Assembly: GCA_964589155.1 (NCBI GenBank)
Contig: CAZPTO010000001.1
Coordinates: 1-25,662 of the forward strand
Origin: an uncultured Bacteroidaceae bacterium
GTDB taxonomy: Bacteria > Bacteroidota > Bacteroidia > Bacteroidales > GCA-2748055
Direction: 5' to 3'
DNA length: 25,662 nt
Shown: positions 25,662-25,662 of the stretch, piece after piece
Layout: each line of letters starts with the position of its first letter
Position numbering within the stretch: the first letter of the stretch is position 1
Program-made: the position numbers and the translations under genes
The notes under the pieces: generated by a model
The model's database searches: none
What the model saw: the letters and a program-made list of their open reading frames with translations, nothing else
Told to the model about the DNA's origin: nothing

Positions 25662-25662
25662 G

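Noticed and set aside
25623-25662. Start of a CRISPR array
   Set aside because: The repeats are 15-16 nt with an 8-nt spacer, far below CRISPR dimensions, and no cas genes are present.

Overview
This is a gene-dense, mostly core-genome window from a Bacteroidetes bacterium, probably Bacteroidales-like. The taxonomy is inferred from TTTG-N(18-21)-TAnnTTTG promoter boxes, A-rich starts without Shine-Dalgarno sequences, signal peptides cleaved before Gln, and the gene content. Gene order: xerD (5'-truncated) > ppdK > pckA > plsY >< dacA < folP <> tmk > BT_3928/DoxX-family > ABC permease > tpiA > prmA > 1489-aa secreted unknown >< metallophosphoesterase <> rsmE >< 62-aa small protein < ECF sigma <> uvrA >< secreted 147-aa protein < helical lipoprotein < MORN-repeat protein < nth <> AT-rich regulatory region. 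I saw no CRISPR array, rRNA, tRNA, IS element, prophage or defence island. The best signal is not in the ORF track: at 25266-25416 a consensus Bacteroidetes promoter precedes a 16-codon leader (MKTTFGAYYFYFFDLR, six consecutive Tyr/Phe codons), followed by mutually exclusive antiterminator and terminator hairpins. This looks like a Phe/Tyr-sensing ribosome-mediated attenuator whose target gene is not identifiable inside the window. Other leads are the giant repeat-containing secreted protein, a lipoprotein/secreted-protein pair of unknown function, a small protein behind the ECF sigma, and an 11-bp-phased TTAAC operator array. All annotation comes from motif recognition by eye; no database searches or folding computations were run.
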